In this document: positions 55,264-64,000 of the stretch, one piece after another | Layout of the letters: each line of letters begins with the position of its first letter | How positions within the stretch are numbered: position 1 is the stretch's first letter | Source of the DNA: Capsulimonadaceae bacterium | GTDB taxonomy: Bacteria; Armatimonadota; Armatimonadia; Armatimonadales; Capsulimonadaceae | Reading direction: 5' to 3' | Length of the DNA: 64,000 bases | NCBI GenBank assembly: GCA_965215505.1 | Contig: OZ244065.1 | Coordinates: 6,080,001-6,144,000 of the forward strand | The notes under the pieces: generated by a model | Told to the model about the DNA's origin: nothing | Databases searched by the model: none | The model's input: the letters and a program-made list of their open reading frames with translations, nothing else | Position numbers and translations under genes: made by a program

Positions 55264-55902
55264 TCAGTCTGCCGCGCCCGCCCGTCTTAGCAGTTCCGAA
55301 ACCTCCGTGTGCCCGTATTGCTCTGCCCAGTAAAGGGCAGTCATGCCGTTCTCATCCTTGGCATGAACATTTGCGCCCGAGTCAAGCAGAAGTCGTACCA
55401 CTTCCAGGTGTCCCGCTCCCATCGCCATCATTAGGGTTGTCCCGCCCGTCGTATCTGTGCCGTTGACATCCGCCCCCTCATCCAGCAGAAGGCGGACCGC
55501 TTCGATGCTCCCGTGGGCGCTGTAAAGCCGAGGGGGTTGCCTCAGATTGGTCACTTTGTCCGTGCTGGCACCATAGACGGCGCGGTCTAAGGCTGTCCCT
55601 CCATCGTTGTCCGTGACGTGTATGTTAGCCCCTCGGTTAATGAGCAAGCGGAGAGTTTCCGTGTGGCCTCCGTAGGCCGCGACCATCAAAGCCGTGACGC
55701 CGCCGATGTCCTTGGCGTCAACCTGCGCCCCGCGATCCAGCAGCAGCCGCATGGTGTCAACATGACCATCTTCCGCCGCGTACATTAGCGCCGTGATGCC
55801 ATCTTCTTCCTCTGCGGTATCAGCCTCATCCCCTCTGTCCAGTAAGCGGCGGACGAATTCCGTCCGGCCTTGCTGTGCCGCGCGGCGTAACGCTTCACTC
55901 AT
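55264..55902 (-). CDS. Ankyrin repeat protein
   Basis: Repeated GxTALMxAAxxGHxxxVRLLLDxGA. Confidence 0.93.
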   Translation of the reverse strand: MSEALRRAAQQGRTEFVRRLLDRGDEADTAEEEDGITALMYAAEDGHVDTMRLLLDRGAQVDAKDIGGVTALMVAAYGGHTETLRLLINRGANIHVTDNDGGTALDRAVYGASTDKVTNLRQPPRLYSAHGSIEAVRLLLDEGADVNGTDTTGGTTLMMAMGAGHLEVVRLLLDSGANVHAKDENGMTALYWAEQYGHTEVSELLRRAGAAD

Positions 55903-55915
55903 AGAAGGTTCCGCC

Positions 55916-57400
55916 TCACGACTTCACCCCGCCCAGCATCTGCGCGTAGAGCGCCTCCTGCCGCGCCCGCGCCTTGACGTAAATCTCGTGCCGCTCGGCG
56001 TCAGGCGCATACGTCTTCCCCAGGTAGGCCGGTACATCCCCCAGGTCATCAATCAGCCCCAGGCCGTCCAAAGCCAGCAGGGCCGCGCCACGGCTGGACG
56101 CCTCGAAGACGCGGCTGGTCGTCACCGGGACGCCGAAGGTGTCGGCCATGATCTGGGTCCAGGACGGGTCGTGGGTCAGCGCGCCGCCGGAGGCGACGAT
56201 CTCGGAGGCGGAGGGGTACTGCGCCACCAGCAGGTCGCGGACTGCCGCGAATGTGTAGGCGACGGCCTCCTGGGAGGCGCGCAGGATGTCGGCGGGCGTC
56301 GTGTGCAGGTTCATCCCCGAGACGGTGGCCCGCGCGCCGACGTGCCAGCCCGGCGAACGCTCCCCGGCCCAGAAGGGCAGGACCGTCAGCCCGTGCCCGT
56401 CCGGCGGAACTGCGGCCACGGCCCGCGCCGCCGCCTTCGGGTCGCCGAAGAGGAGAGCCTTCTGCGCCCAGGCGAAGACGTTGCCGCCGTTCGCGAACGC
56501 CCCGCCCACCAGCATCCGTGCCCCGTCCACGCGGTAGCAGAACAGGCCGGCGGGGATGTCCACATGGTCCGCCCGGACGGCCGCCCGCATCGCGCCGGAC
56601 GTGCCCAGGTTGATGGCCAGCCGGTTCGCGTCGGTCGCGCCGCTGCCGACGTTCGAGCAGGCCCCATCGCCCCAGGCCGGGAACCAGGGAAGGTTCTGGA
56701 GAGGTGCGAGCGCCTTGCCCCATTCATTCGTCAACCCCGACTGCGACTCTTTCTCGCCCGCGACGGCGTTAAGCTGGCCCGCCGCGATGGGGAGGTCCTT
56801 CAACGTCGCGTCGTCCCACGCCTTCGCGTTCGGGTCGAACAGGCCCGTGCCGGATGCCATGGACAGGCTGCATTTGGCCTCCCCGAACAGACGCAGGGCG
56901 ACGTACTCGCCGAAGGACATCCAGTGCCGGACCAAGCCGAACTCGGCCCCGCGCGTCTCGTGCAGCCAGCGCAGCTTGGCGGGCCAATAGGAGGTGTGCA
57001 GGACGCACCCCGTCCGGGCATGGTAGGCGGCCTCGTCCATCTCGGCTTGCAATGCCGCCGCCTGTGTCCGCGCGCGCGTGTCCGCCCAGGAGAACAGCGG
57101 CGTCACCGCCCTGCTCTCCTCGCCGACTCCGACCAGGCTGTGCCAGAAGCACGAGATGCCGACGCCCGCGATCCGGCCCGCCGTCTCCTTGTCCGTGGCC
57201 TTCAGGAGCTGCCCCAAGCACCGGACCGTCAGGGCGAGCAGCGCCTCGGCGTCCGTCTCGACCCCGCCGTCGCCGGTCGTGGTCTGCGCGTAGGGGATCT
57301 GTGCCTCCGCCTTAGGCAGTGCGCGCCCATGCGCGTCGAAGAGCATGGCCCGGACCGAAGAGGTCCCCATGTCCAGGGTGAGAACAAGTGCTTTTTTCAT
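55916..57400 (-). CDS. gntK: Gluconokinase (FGGY family)
   Basis: LDMGTSSVRA, FWHSLVG, WADTRA, SMASGTGL, GDGACSNVGSG, GTSGAMR, GLFCYRVD, GERSPGW. Confidence 0.85.
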   Translation of the reverse strand: MKKALVLTLDMGTSSVRAMLFDAHGRALPKAEAQIPYAQTTTGDGGVETDAEALLALTVRCLGQLLKATDKETAGRIAGVGISCFWHSLVGVGEESRAVTPLFSWADTRARTQAAALQAEMDEAAYHARTGCVLHTSYWPAKLRWLHETRGAEFGLVRHWMSFGEYVALRLFGEAKCSLSMASGTGLFDPNAKAWDDATLKDLPIAAGQLNAVAGEKESQSGLTNEWGKALAPLQNLPWFPAWGDGACSNVGSGATDANRLAINLGTSGAMRAAVRADHVDIPAGLFCYRVDGARMLVGGAFANGGNVFAWAQKALLFGDPKAAARAVAAVPPDGHGLTVLPFWAGERSPGWHVGARATVSGMNLHTTPADILRASQEAVAYTFAAVRDLLVAQYPSASEIVASGGALTHDPSWTQIMADTFGVPVTTSRVFEASSRGAALLALDGLGLIDDLGDVPAYLGKTYAPDAERHEIYVKARARQEALYAQMLGGVKS

Positions 57401-57508
57401 AAGAGGTGGAACCCGCCCCGCCTAGTTCGCCGCCCCGCCCGCTCTTCCCTCCTCTCGCCCGCAGCATCGGGCTGGAAATCGGCGGGGGCATGAGGTATAA
57501 AAGGGGAC

Positions 57509-58021
57509 ATGAGTTTCTTCCCGACGCGGCCCGCGTTCCTGCCCGCCGCACTGGCGACGGCCGCCTTGATTGCGGCGGGCTGTTCCAAGCCGCCCCCGCC
57601 GCCTGCCCCCATTCCAGTGTCAACGGGCGTAAGCGCCAATTCCGGCGGGGACACGCGCGGCACGGTCCTGTATCATCCCCTGCTGCTCCCGAAGAAACTG
57701 CCGGACCCCTATGCGGCCGTCAGCAGCAAATTCGTCATCGGCCAGCGCCAGCGCCTGGCCTGGGAACTGGCCGAGATCGACCTGCACGCCCATCAGCAGG
57801 CGGTCAAAACTTACCCGGTGCCGGACCCGTCCTGGCGCGGCTACACCAAGCAGAAGGCGCTCGACCAGGCCTTGCGGCAGGCGCAGTTCAACGCCTATCT
57901 CCTGGAGAAGCACCACGCCCATTTCTGCAACCAGTTCAACATCAGTTATGACCAGCTCGTCTTGATCATCAAGGAAGGCCGGGAGAAAAACTGGCCCATG
58001 CCGCCCGTGCCGAAGGAGTGA
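57509..58021 (+). CDS. Hypothetical lipoprotein
   Basis: Lipobox AAGC followed by a Pro linker; host-like codon usage. Confidence 0.75.
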   Translation: MSFFPTRPAFLPAALATAALIAAGCSKPPPPPAPIPVSTGVSANSGGDTRGTVLYHPLLLPKKLPDPYAAVSSKFVIGQRQRLAWELAEIDLHAHQQAVKTYPVPDPSWRGYTKQKALDQALRQAQFNAYLLEKHHAHFCNQFNISYDQLVLIIKEGREKNWPMPPVPKE

Positions 58022-58038
58022 CGGCCAAGCCGTTTCCC

Positions 58039-58067
58039 TTGACAGGCAGGCGGGCGCGTGTTATCAT
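58039..58067 (+). promoter_or_regulatory. Sigma70-type promoter
   Basis: TTGACA-17 nt-TATCAT. Confidence 0.65.
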
Positions 58068-58106
58068 GGGCCGTTCAGAGGGCCAACAGGTTGAGTGGAT
58101 TGTATC

Positions 58107-58862
58107 ATGGCCGCCTACGTCAAGCGCGCGTTTCGGAGGAGCCTTTCCATGAACCTGTTCCGTTGTGCCGATGCCAGGCCCGAAGCCGTGGCCGTCCCCG
58201 TCGCCCTTCAAACGCCGCTCGGCGTTGTCCGCCTTGACGCCATCCTGGACGGCATCAACGTGGCTCAGGAACCGCCCAGCCAAACTTGCCGGCTCCCGTC
58301 CGGCGGCGGTATCATCTGCTGGCACCGGCCCGGCTTTGACTTGGAACTGCTGCTCTGCCGCCCGGCACTCACCCCGCCGCTCGGAACGCCGTCAACAGAT
58401 GGCTGGGCGGCTCTCTGGCGGCTGCGGGCACGGGAAACTATAGCCTCCTCTACATTTGTTGCCATCTGGGAAGAGGGCTACGCCTGGACGCAGGGCGGCC
58501 CGAACAGCGGCCAGGGATTGTATGCGAAGACATGGGACGATGGGCGGACGGAAGCATCCATTGGTACAGATGACTCAGAGGGGCTTGCCAATCGCGCGAA
58601 GTGCGCTGATGGTCTTCCGTCTGAATGGGAACCGTATTTTCGCTCGACCGCCAACAGCTTTGACTGGTTCTCCTTGCAGATGGTTCACTATGAGGTGGGA
58701 GATAGAGGCGTTCCCGTTCCCTTGCCGCCACTGGCGGCAGGCCAGCAGTGCCAGATACATTTCGCTGTGGCCTGGTCCCCTTGTGCTGTGGGGGAAGCGA
58801 GGGGCCGGTACGCCGTTGAGGTGAACGCCGGACAGATCCTGGCGGGTGCCGGGTGTTCTTGA
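58107..58862 (+). CDS. Hypothetical protein (lower GC)
   Basis: Long ORF downstream of a consensus promoter; start uncertain (58095, 58107 or 58149). Confidence 0.55.
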   Translation: MAAYVKRAFRRSLSMNLFRCADARPEAVAVPVALQTPLGVVRLDAILDGINVAQEPPSQTCRLPSGGGIICWHRPGFDLELLLCRPALTPPLGTPSTDGWAALWRLRARETIASSTFVAIWEEGYAWTQGGPNSGQGLYAKTWDDGRTEASIGTDDSEGLANRAKCADGLPSEWEPYFRSTANSFDWFSLQMVHYEVGDRGVPVPLPPLAAGQQCQIHFAVAWSPCAVGEARGRYAVEVNAGQILAGAGCS

Positions 58863-58924
58863 TGGCTTGCTCGCCGAATATGCCGTAGATTAAAACCTGC
58901 GCCCTCTACCCACAGGAGAAACAC

Positions 58925-59653
58925 ATGTCACACCCACTCGCGGGCCGAGTCGTCCTTATCACCGGCGCGTCGTCGGGCATCGGCGCGGCGACCGCCCGCG
59001 CCCTCGCCCGGTGCGGCTGCCGATTGACCCTCGCCGCCCGCTCGGCGGATAAGCTAAACGCACTGGCCGAAGAGATCGGCCCGGACGTGCTGGCCGTGCC
59101 GACCAACGTCACACAGAGCGCGGACGCCGCCCGGATGGTGGAGCAGACGTTGGCGCGGTTCGGGCGCGTGGACGCGCTCTTCGCCAACGCCGGAATCTTC
59201 CTCCGGGAGCCGCTCCTGGACAGCGGCCCGGACGAGTGGGCGCGCGTGCTGGACGTCAACATCAACGGCGTCCTGCGCTGCGTCCACGCCGTCGTGCCGC
59301 ACCTGACGGCGCAGGGGGCCGGCGACATCCTCGTCACCAGCTCCATCTCCGGCTTCATCGACATCCACGGCGAGCCGATCTACAGCGCCTCCAAGCACGC
59401 CGTCCAGGGACTCGTTCACACCCTGCGCCGCCAGTTTTCGCCGTCGGGGGTCCGCGTCATGTCGCTCGCGCCGGGGAAGGTCGCCAACGAGCTGTGGGGC
59501 ATCACCGACGAGGCCGAGATCGCGCGGGGCGTGACGGAACGCGCCTGGCTGCGCTCCGAGGACGTGGCCGAGGCCGCCGTGTTCATGCTGTCCCAGCCCC
59601 CGCACGTCACCATCCGCGACCTCGTGATACTGCCGCAGGGCCAGGACTTGTAA
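58925..59653 (+). CDS. rbtD: Ribitol 2-dehydrogenase-like SDR
   Basis: TGASSGIG, FANAG, GDILVTSSISG...EPIYSASKHAVQGLVHTLRRQ...TIRDLVILP match the RbtD subfamily. Confidence 0.75.
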   Translation: MSHPLAGRVVLITGASSGIGAATARALARCGCRLTLAARSADKLNALAEEIGPDVLAVPTNVTQSADAARMVEQTLARFGRVDALFANAGIFLREPLLDSGPDEWARVLDVNINGVLRCVHAVVPHLTAQGAGDILVTSSISGFIDIHGEPIYSASKHAVQGLVHTLRRQFSPSGVRVMSLAPGKVANELWGITDEAEIARGVTERAWLRSEDVAEAAVFMLSQPPHVTIRDLVILPQGQDL

Positions 59654-59663
59654 GGAGACAGTC

Positions 59664-60761
59664 ATGCCGACCCAGACCGCCGAACCCCTGCCGCGCACCA
59701 TGCGGGCCGTCGTCTGCCACGCGCCCGGCGATTACCGCCTGGAAGAGAAGCCCGTGCCGCAGGCCGGGCCGGGCGAGGTCGTCATCCGCGTGGACGTGGC
59801 GGGCATCTGCGCCTCCGACGTCAAGTGCTACACCGGCGCACCGATGCTCTGGGGCGACGCCCACCGCGAGGGCTACTGCCAGGCACCCGTCACGGTGGGG
59901 CACGAGTTCATCGGGACGGTCATTGCGCTAGGCGAAAACGCGGCGGACCAGTACGGGCTGGCCCTGGGCGACCGGGCCATCTCGGAGCAGATCGTCCCCT
60001 GCTGGTCGTGCCGCTACTGCCGGCGCGGCCTGTACCACCTGTGCGCCGTCCACGACATCTACGGCTTCCGGCGGCGGACGCCGGGCGGCTGGGCCGAGTA
60101 CATGAAGTTCCCGACGGGCGCGATCAACCACCGAGTCCCGCAAAGCCTCAAAGTCGAACACGCCGCCCTCATCGAGCCATTAGCCTGCTCCATGCACGCC
60201 GTCAAGCGCGGCGGGATCGAGTTCGGCGACGTGGTCGTCGTCGCTGGCTGCGGAACCATCGGCCTCGGCATCGTCGCCTACGCCCGTATGAAGTCTCCAG
60301 GCGCTGTCGTCGCCGTTGACCTGTCCGACGACCGCCTGGCCCGTGCCAAACAGCTTGGCGCGACCCACACCCTCAACCCGCGCTCCGAAGACGTGGTACA
60401 GGCAATCTTGGACATGACCGAGGGCTACGGCTGCGATGTTTATATCGAGGCTACCGGTGCCCCCGCCTCAGTCGAGCAGGGTTTGCGGGCCATCCGCAAA
60501 GCCGGGACGTTCGTCGAGTTCTCCGTCATGGGTGCCCCCGTCACGACTGACTGGACGGTCATCGGGGACACCAAAGAGCTGACCATCCGGGGCGGTCACC
60601 TGGGGCCGAACTGCTACCCCAGCGTCATCCAGTCCCTCGCCTCCGGGGCCGTGGACGGCGGCGTCTTCGTCACGCATGAACTGGCCCTGGAGGAGTTCGA
60701 GTACGGCCTGAACCTGGTCCACGCGGGCACGGAAAGCCTCAAAGTCCTGCTCAAGCCCTGA
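59664..60761 (+). CDS. eltD: Zn-dependent erythritol/L-threitol dehydrogenase-like protein
   Basis: MRAVVCHAPGDYRLEE, GICASDVKCY...WGD, GHEF, GYGCDVYIEATG, DWTVIGDTKEL..GGHLGP. Confidence 0.78.
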   Translation: MPTQTAEPLPRTMRAVVCHAPGDYRLEEKPVPQAGPGEVVIRVDVAGICASDVKCYTGAPMLWGDAHREGYCQAPVTVGHEFIGTVIALGENAADQYGLALGDRAISEQIVPCWSCRYCRRGLYHLCAVHDIYGFRRRTPGGWAEYMKFPTGAINHRVPQSLKVEHAALIEPLACSMHAVKRGGIEFGDVVVVAGCGTIGLGIVAYARMKSPGAVVAVDLSDDRLARAKQLGATHTLNPRSEDVVQAILDMTEGYGCDVYIEATGAPASVEQGLRAIRKAGTFVEFSVMGAPVTTDWTVIGDTKELTIRGGHLGPNCYPSVIQSLASGAVDGGVFVTHELALEEFEYGLNLVHAGTESLKVLLKP

Positions 60762-60801
60762 CAGCCGTGCCGCATCGAGGAAGACCGCTGAGAACACTAC
60801 G

Positions 60802-61308
60802 ATGCTGAGACGCTACCAGAACTACGCACAGTCGAACCCGCTGCCGTCATGGCTGATCCAGGTCGCCGTGCTGTTCGCGCTCAACCTGACCTTCTTCCGG
60901 GGCACGCTTGGGGCAAGGGACCGTGGACACTTCCTGTGGCTGGCTGTCTTCACGTTGTCGGCACCGACAGTAAACCTTCTCACGCGGTTCTCCGAGGTAC
61001 AACGGCGCGAGAGGCCCATCCCCCTGCGACAAGAGGAAGGTGTCGGCCTGCTTTCCTTGTCGGCCCTGGGGGCCAGCCTCGGCGCTTTGGGCGTCCTTAC
61101 TTTCGGCAAGCATCTGGGGCTGTTCCTGCCCCCGGACAAATCGCTACTGCTGCTGACGCTCTTCAGCGTGTCCGCGCTGCTGTCTCTGGCGCTCGGCTAC
61201 GCGGCACGGAGGACGCCGGAGGGGCTTTGGGGGCTGCGGCTGTCTGTGGCGTGGCTGGTCCTCCTCGTCGGGGCCGCGTGCGTGGTGCGGCTCTTGCGCC
61301 ACACCTGA
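60802..61308 (+). CDS. Hypothetical membrane protein
   Basis: About 5 hydrophobic segments. Confidence 0.6.
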   Translation: MLRRYQNYAQSNPLPSWLIQVAVLFALNLTFFRGTLGARDRGHFLWLAVFTLSAPTVNLLTRFSEVQRRERPIPLRQEEGVGLLSLSALGASLGALGVLTFGKHLGLFLPPDKSLLLLTLFSVSALLSLALGYAARRTPEGLWGLRLSVAWLVLLVGAACVVRLLRHT

Positions 61309-61432
61309 CGGAGCGATGATCTCCCCTGTGACTTCTTTCACACTACCACTGTGACGCCCTTCCTCCAACCCTCCCCCGGACGCGGTTATACTAGAGCCAT
61401 CAACCGAGCCGCACCGCTCCCCGGAGAAGACC

Positions 61433-61627
61433 ATGCAGAACACCGCCGTTTACAGCCCGTCCTTCAGCACAGCCGCCGTCACCGTCGCGAACAACACGCC
61501 CTGGATGCCCCGCGCCGCCCGCGCCCTGCGGACCCTGGCCCGCCGGTGGGATATGGTCGGCGTCCTGGGTCTGATGGCGTCGAGCGCCGCCTACGGCGTC
61601 TACGCCCTGGCCGGCACCGGCTTCTAA
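61433..61627 (+). CDS. Small membrane protein
   Basis: TATACT upstream, GGAG SD, C-terminal TM, host-like codons. Confidence 0.55.
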   Translation: MQNTAVYSPSFSTAAVTVANNTPWMPRAARALRTLARRWDMVGVLGLMASSAAYGVYALAGTGF

Positions 61628-61709
61628 GTCGTGCTTCACTGGTCAGGCCCCTTCCTACCTCTCTTGCCTGATTTCCCCGGATTTCAATCCGGTGAGCAGA
61701 GGCGGCTAA

Positions 61710-62339
61710 TCACCGGCCGGCCTTATCCGCCGTCACTCCCACTTCCCGGAGGCGCTTGAGCCATGTCCTGGCGTCCATACGCACGACGGGGTATTGACTG
61801 CTTTGAGCCATGCGGTTCAGCACTCCAATCGCCCGCGGGTCGCGTGTTCCGGCCAGGGCGAGTGAAGCGCCCACCTGCACCCATTGGTCCGAGCTGCCCG
61901 TGTAAGGAAGGATTGCGTTGTACAAGCGGCCCCGTTGGGAGGGCGTCAACTGCTTGGGCTTGTGTCCGGGCGAGGCGTAGGTGTGTGCCAGTACCATCTC
62001 TTGTGCCTGAACCGCGCTCTTGGAAGCGTTCTGGACCGGTAAGGAGTTCAGCTCACGCGCGATGAACGCGACATCCTCATCCGAAATCCTTTGCGTCCTA
62101 TCAATACCGTCTTGGATCTTCACAAGGCGGAGGTAATCCTGTTTGGTCATCACTCCCTGCTGCTGATAGAGTGCCCCCTGCTGCTGGTCCGGGAGATGAG
62201 GGGTCTGTACTGGCGGTGAGGATTCGGGCGACTGGAAAGCCGCCTTGACATGACTGCACCCGGCGAGCGCGGCGACGGTGGTGGCGGCTGCGAAAGCGCC
62301 CCCAACGGTACGGAGGAACGGGAAGCAAGGGGATGTCAT
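61710..62339 (-). CDS. Lipoprotein with a C-terminal HEAT/PBS-like repeat
   Basis: Lipobox LAGC; WVQVGASLALAGTRDPRAIGVL...VVRMDA. Confidence 0.7.
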   Translation of the reverse strand: MTSPCFPFLRTVGGAFAAATTVAALAGCSHVKAAFQSPESSPPVQTPHLPDQQQGALYQQQGVMTKQDYLRLVKIQDGIDRTQRISDEDVAFIARELNSLPVQNASKSAVQAQEMVLAHTYASPGHKPKQLTPSQRGRLYNAILPYTGSSDQWVQVGASLALAGTRDPRAIGVLNRMAQSSQYPVVRMDARTWLKRLREVGVTADKAGR

Positions 62340-62378
62340 TAGATTACGGCCTTCGGGCGCGGCCCCGGCCTGAACGAC

Positions 62379-63998
62379 TCAGCCGTTCGGCGCTCCCTGT
62401 TCTCTGACACGGGAAGCCGGTAAAAGTTGCACGGGCCACAGAACGCCGGGCGTTGCCATCCCTGCGGCCTTATCTCTGCCGGGCGTTTTCCGTCGGCCTT
62501 CCTGGAACGCGCTGAGGCCCGCCGCGATCCCCTCGGCGATGCGCTGCTGCCCCTCCGCGCCCTGGAGCCGCGCCAGGTCACCCGAATCGGTCATGCTGCC
62601 GCACTCGACCAAGACCGAAGGCATGGCGGCTGTCCGGAGAACATAGTAGCCTCGTTGAAACCGCGTGGTGTCGGAAACTACTCCGCCGGGTTCTCCGGTC
62701 GGCGGTCGCATCCCTTGGGCCACACTCGCCGCCAGACGACGGCCCACCGGCCCCTGACCGTGGTAAAAGACGACAGACCCTGCTTTGCTGATAGGCCCGC
62801 TGTCACAGTGAACGCTGATGAAGTAGTTCGCGTGTTTCGCGTTCGCGAGCTGGGTGCGCGCTCCCATGCTGGGAAGGGTGTCGGCATCACGGGTCATGAA
62901 GACCACCGCCCCGCGCTGTACCAGTTCCGCGCGGAGGCGTCTCGCGATCTCCAGGTCCAGGGCCTTCTCCGTCACCCCGCCTCGACCGACTCCCCCCGTG
63001 TCCCGCCCGCCGTGTCCCGCGTCCACGACTACGATCGTGCCGACCATCTCGGAGGAAACCCGGCCCGCCGCCCCGACGGGCCGGAGCGCCGCCAGGGGGC
63101 AGGCGATGACCGCCGCCAGCGCCACCGCGACCGCCGCCATCCTGGGCGTCCGGCCCTGGCGGCTCGGATGCGATGCGAGGATCGCGCTCACGCGGCGGTT
63201 CAGCGCGGACGGGCGCACCAGGGCGACCACCGTGGCGGGCGTCGCGCGGAAAGCCTGGGCCGAACGGACCACGCCGACGAGATGCCCCGCGTAGTCGGCG
63301 GGTCCGATGCCCGACCCCAGCACGAGGTTGTCACTGGCATACTCGCTCTCCTGCCGTGCCTGCCGGGCGGCAAGCCAGACGAGGGGATGGAACCAGTAGA
63401 GGACGCAGACGACCTGGGCCAAAGTCTGCACGAGCCAGTCCTGCCGCTTGACGTGGGCCAGCTCATGGAGCAGCGCCGCCTCCACCTGTCCCCGAGGCCA
63501 CTGGGTGGCCTCGGCGGGCAGGATGACGGTCGGACGGAGGCAGCCCCAGCCCATCGGGACAGACACCCCGCCGGGCACGGACGCGCGGCGGAAGTCAACT
63601 GGCCGATGGAGCGCGAGTCTGCGGCGGGCCGCCGCCGCCGAAGCCGCAAGAGGCCCGCCTTCGATGGTGACGCTCGCCCGCGCGATCTTCCGCACCGACG
63701 CAGCGCTGGAGAAAAGCCGCATCAGTGTCAGGCCGATGCCCGCCGCCCAGATCACAAGGACATACAGGGGCCACAAGGAAAGCGGTTGTGCTTCGGGTGA
63801 GATGTTTGGCGCGATCGCAGGCTCTGGGGCACCCTCCGCGCCGACCGGCATGGCGTCGGTCGGCGCGGCAGGCGGCAAAGATCGTGCCTGCGGCCGGTGG
63901 ACTCGGGGCAGCGCCAGATCCAAACGCGGCAGCGTCTGGGCGAGGAGCGGCAGGCACAACGCGCCCACGAGGCCGAGCGACCAAACGAGGTGCCTGGC
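62379..63998 (-). CDS. BlaR1-like M56 metallopeptidase fused to an N-acetylmuramoyl-L-alanine amidase (Amidase_3); 5' end lies outside the window
   Basis: ARHLVW, LLHELAHVKRQD, YWFHPLVW, ESEYASD; then VVVDAGHGGRD...EK...MTRD...FISVHCD...VLVECG. Confidence 0.9.
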   Translation of the reverse strand, partial: ARHLVWSLGLVGALCLPLLAQTLPRLDLALPRVHRPQARSLPPAAPTDAMPVGAEGAPEPAIAPNISPEAQPLSLWPLYVLVIWAAGIGLTLMRLFSSAASVRKIARASVTIEGGPLAASAAAARRRLALHRPVDFRRASVPGGVSVPMGWGCLRPTVILPAEATQWPRGQVEAALLHELAHVKRQDWLVQTLAQVVCVLYWFHPLVWLAARQARQESEYASDNLVLGSGIGPADYAGHLVGVVRSAQAFRATPATVVALVRPSALNRRVSAILASHPSRQGRTPRMAAVAVALAAVIACPLAALRPVGAAGRVSSEMVGTIVVVDAGHGGRDTGGVGRGGVTEKALDLEIARRLRAELVQRGAVVFMTRDADTLPSMGARTQLANAKHANYFISVHCDSGPISKAGSVVFYHGQGPVGRRLAASVAQGMRPPTGEPGGVVSDTTRFQRGYYVLRTAAMPSVLVECGSMTDSGDLARLQGAEGQQRIAEGIAAGLSAFQEGRRKTPGRDKAAGMATPGVLWPVQLLPASRVREQGAPNG

Positions 63999-64000
63999 AG

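Overview
This is 64 kb of GC-rich bacterial chromosome, most likely from Armatimonadota (Capsulimonadales-like). That placement is an inference from the PEP-CTERM variant VPEASTTVSLGLLLALG and the gene repertoire. Recognisable content: a type IV pilus cluster (pilMNO, PilP-like, pilQ, pilB, HDOD, pilT), polyol and sugar catabolism (srlD-like, rhamnulokinase plus class II aldolase, gluconokinase, rbtD-like, eltD-like), ispG, ppk1, a cobA-hemD fusion, signalling proteins (PAS-PP2C, GAF-GGDEF, BTAD-TM-TPR, M56-amidase), tRNA-His(GUG), a DUF1501/cytochrome c pair, and a 1420-aa surface protein next to a PEP-CTERM protein. Several small accessory modules sit between housekeeping genes: a JAB/MPN-like gene with a Cys-rich partner coupled to cobA-hemD, a HEPN gene with a BolA-like or degenerate-MNT partner, a vapBC whose toxin is frameshifted by a 20-bp tandem duplication, an orphan HicB-like gene, and a pseudogenised secreted-protein pair. 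Other notable signals are a tRNA-His gene with no encoded G-1, apparently circularly permuted domains nested inside the cytochrome c protein, an octapeptide repeat array, and GTAG-type REP elements, two of which supply stop codons. I saw no CRISPR array, integrase or transposase. All family assignments come from reading motifs by eye, not from database searches.
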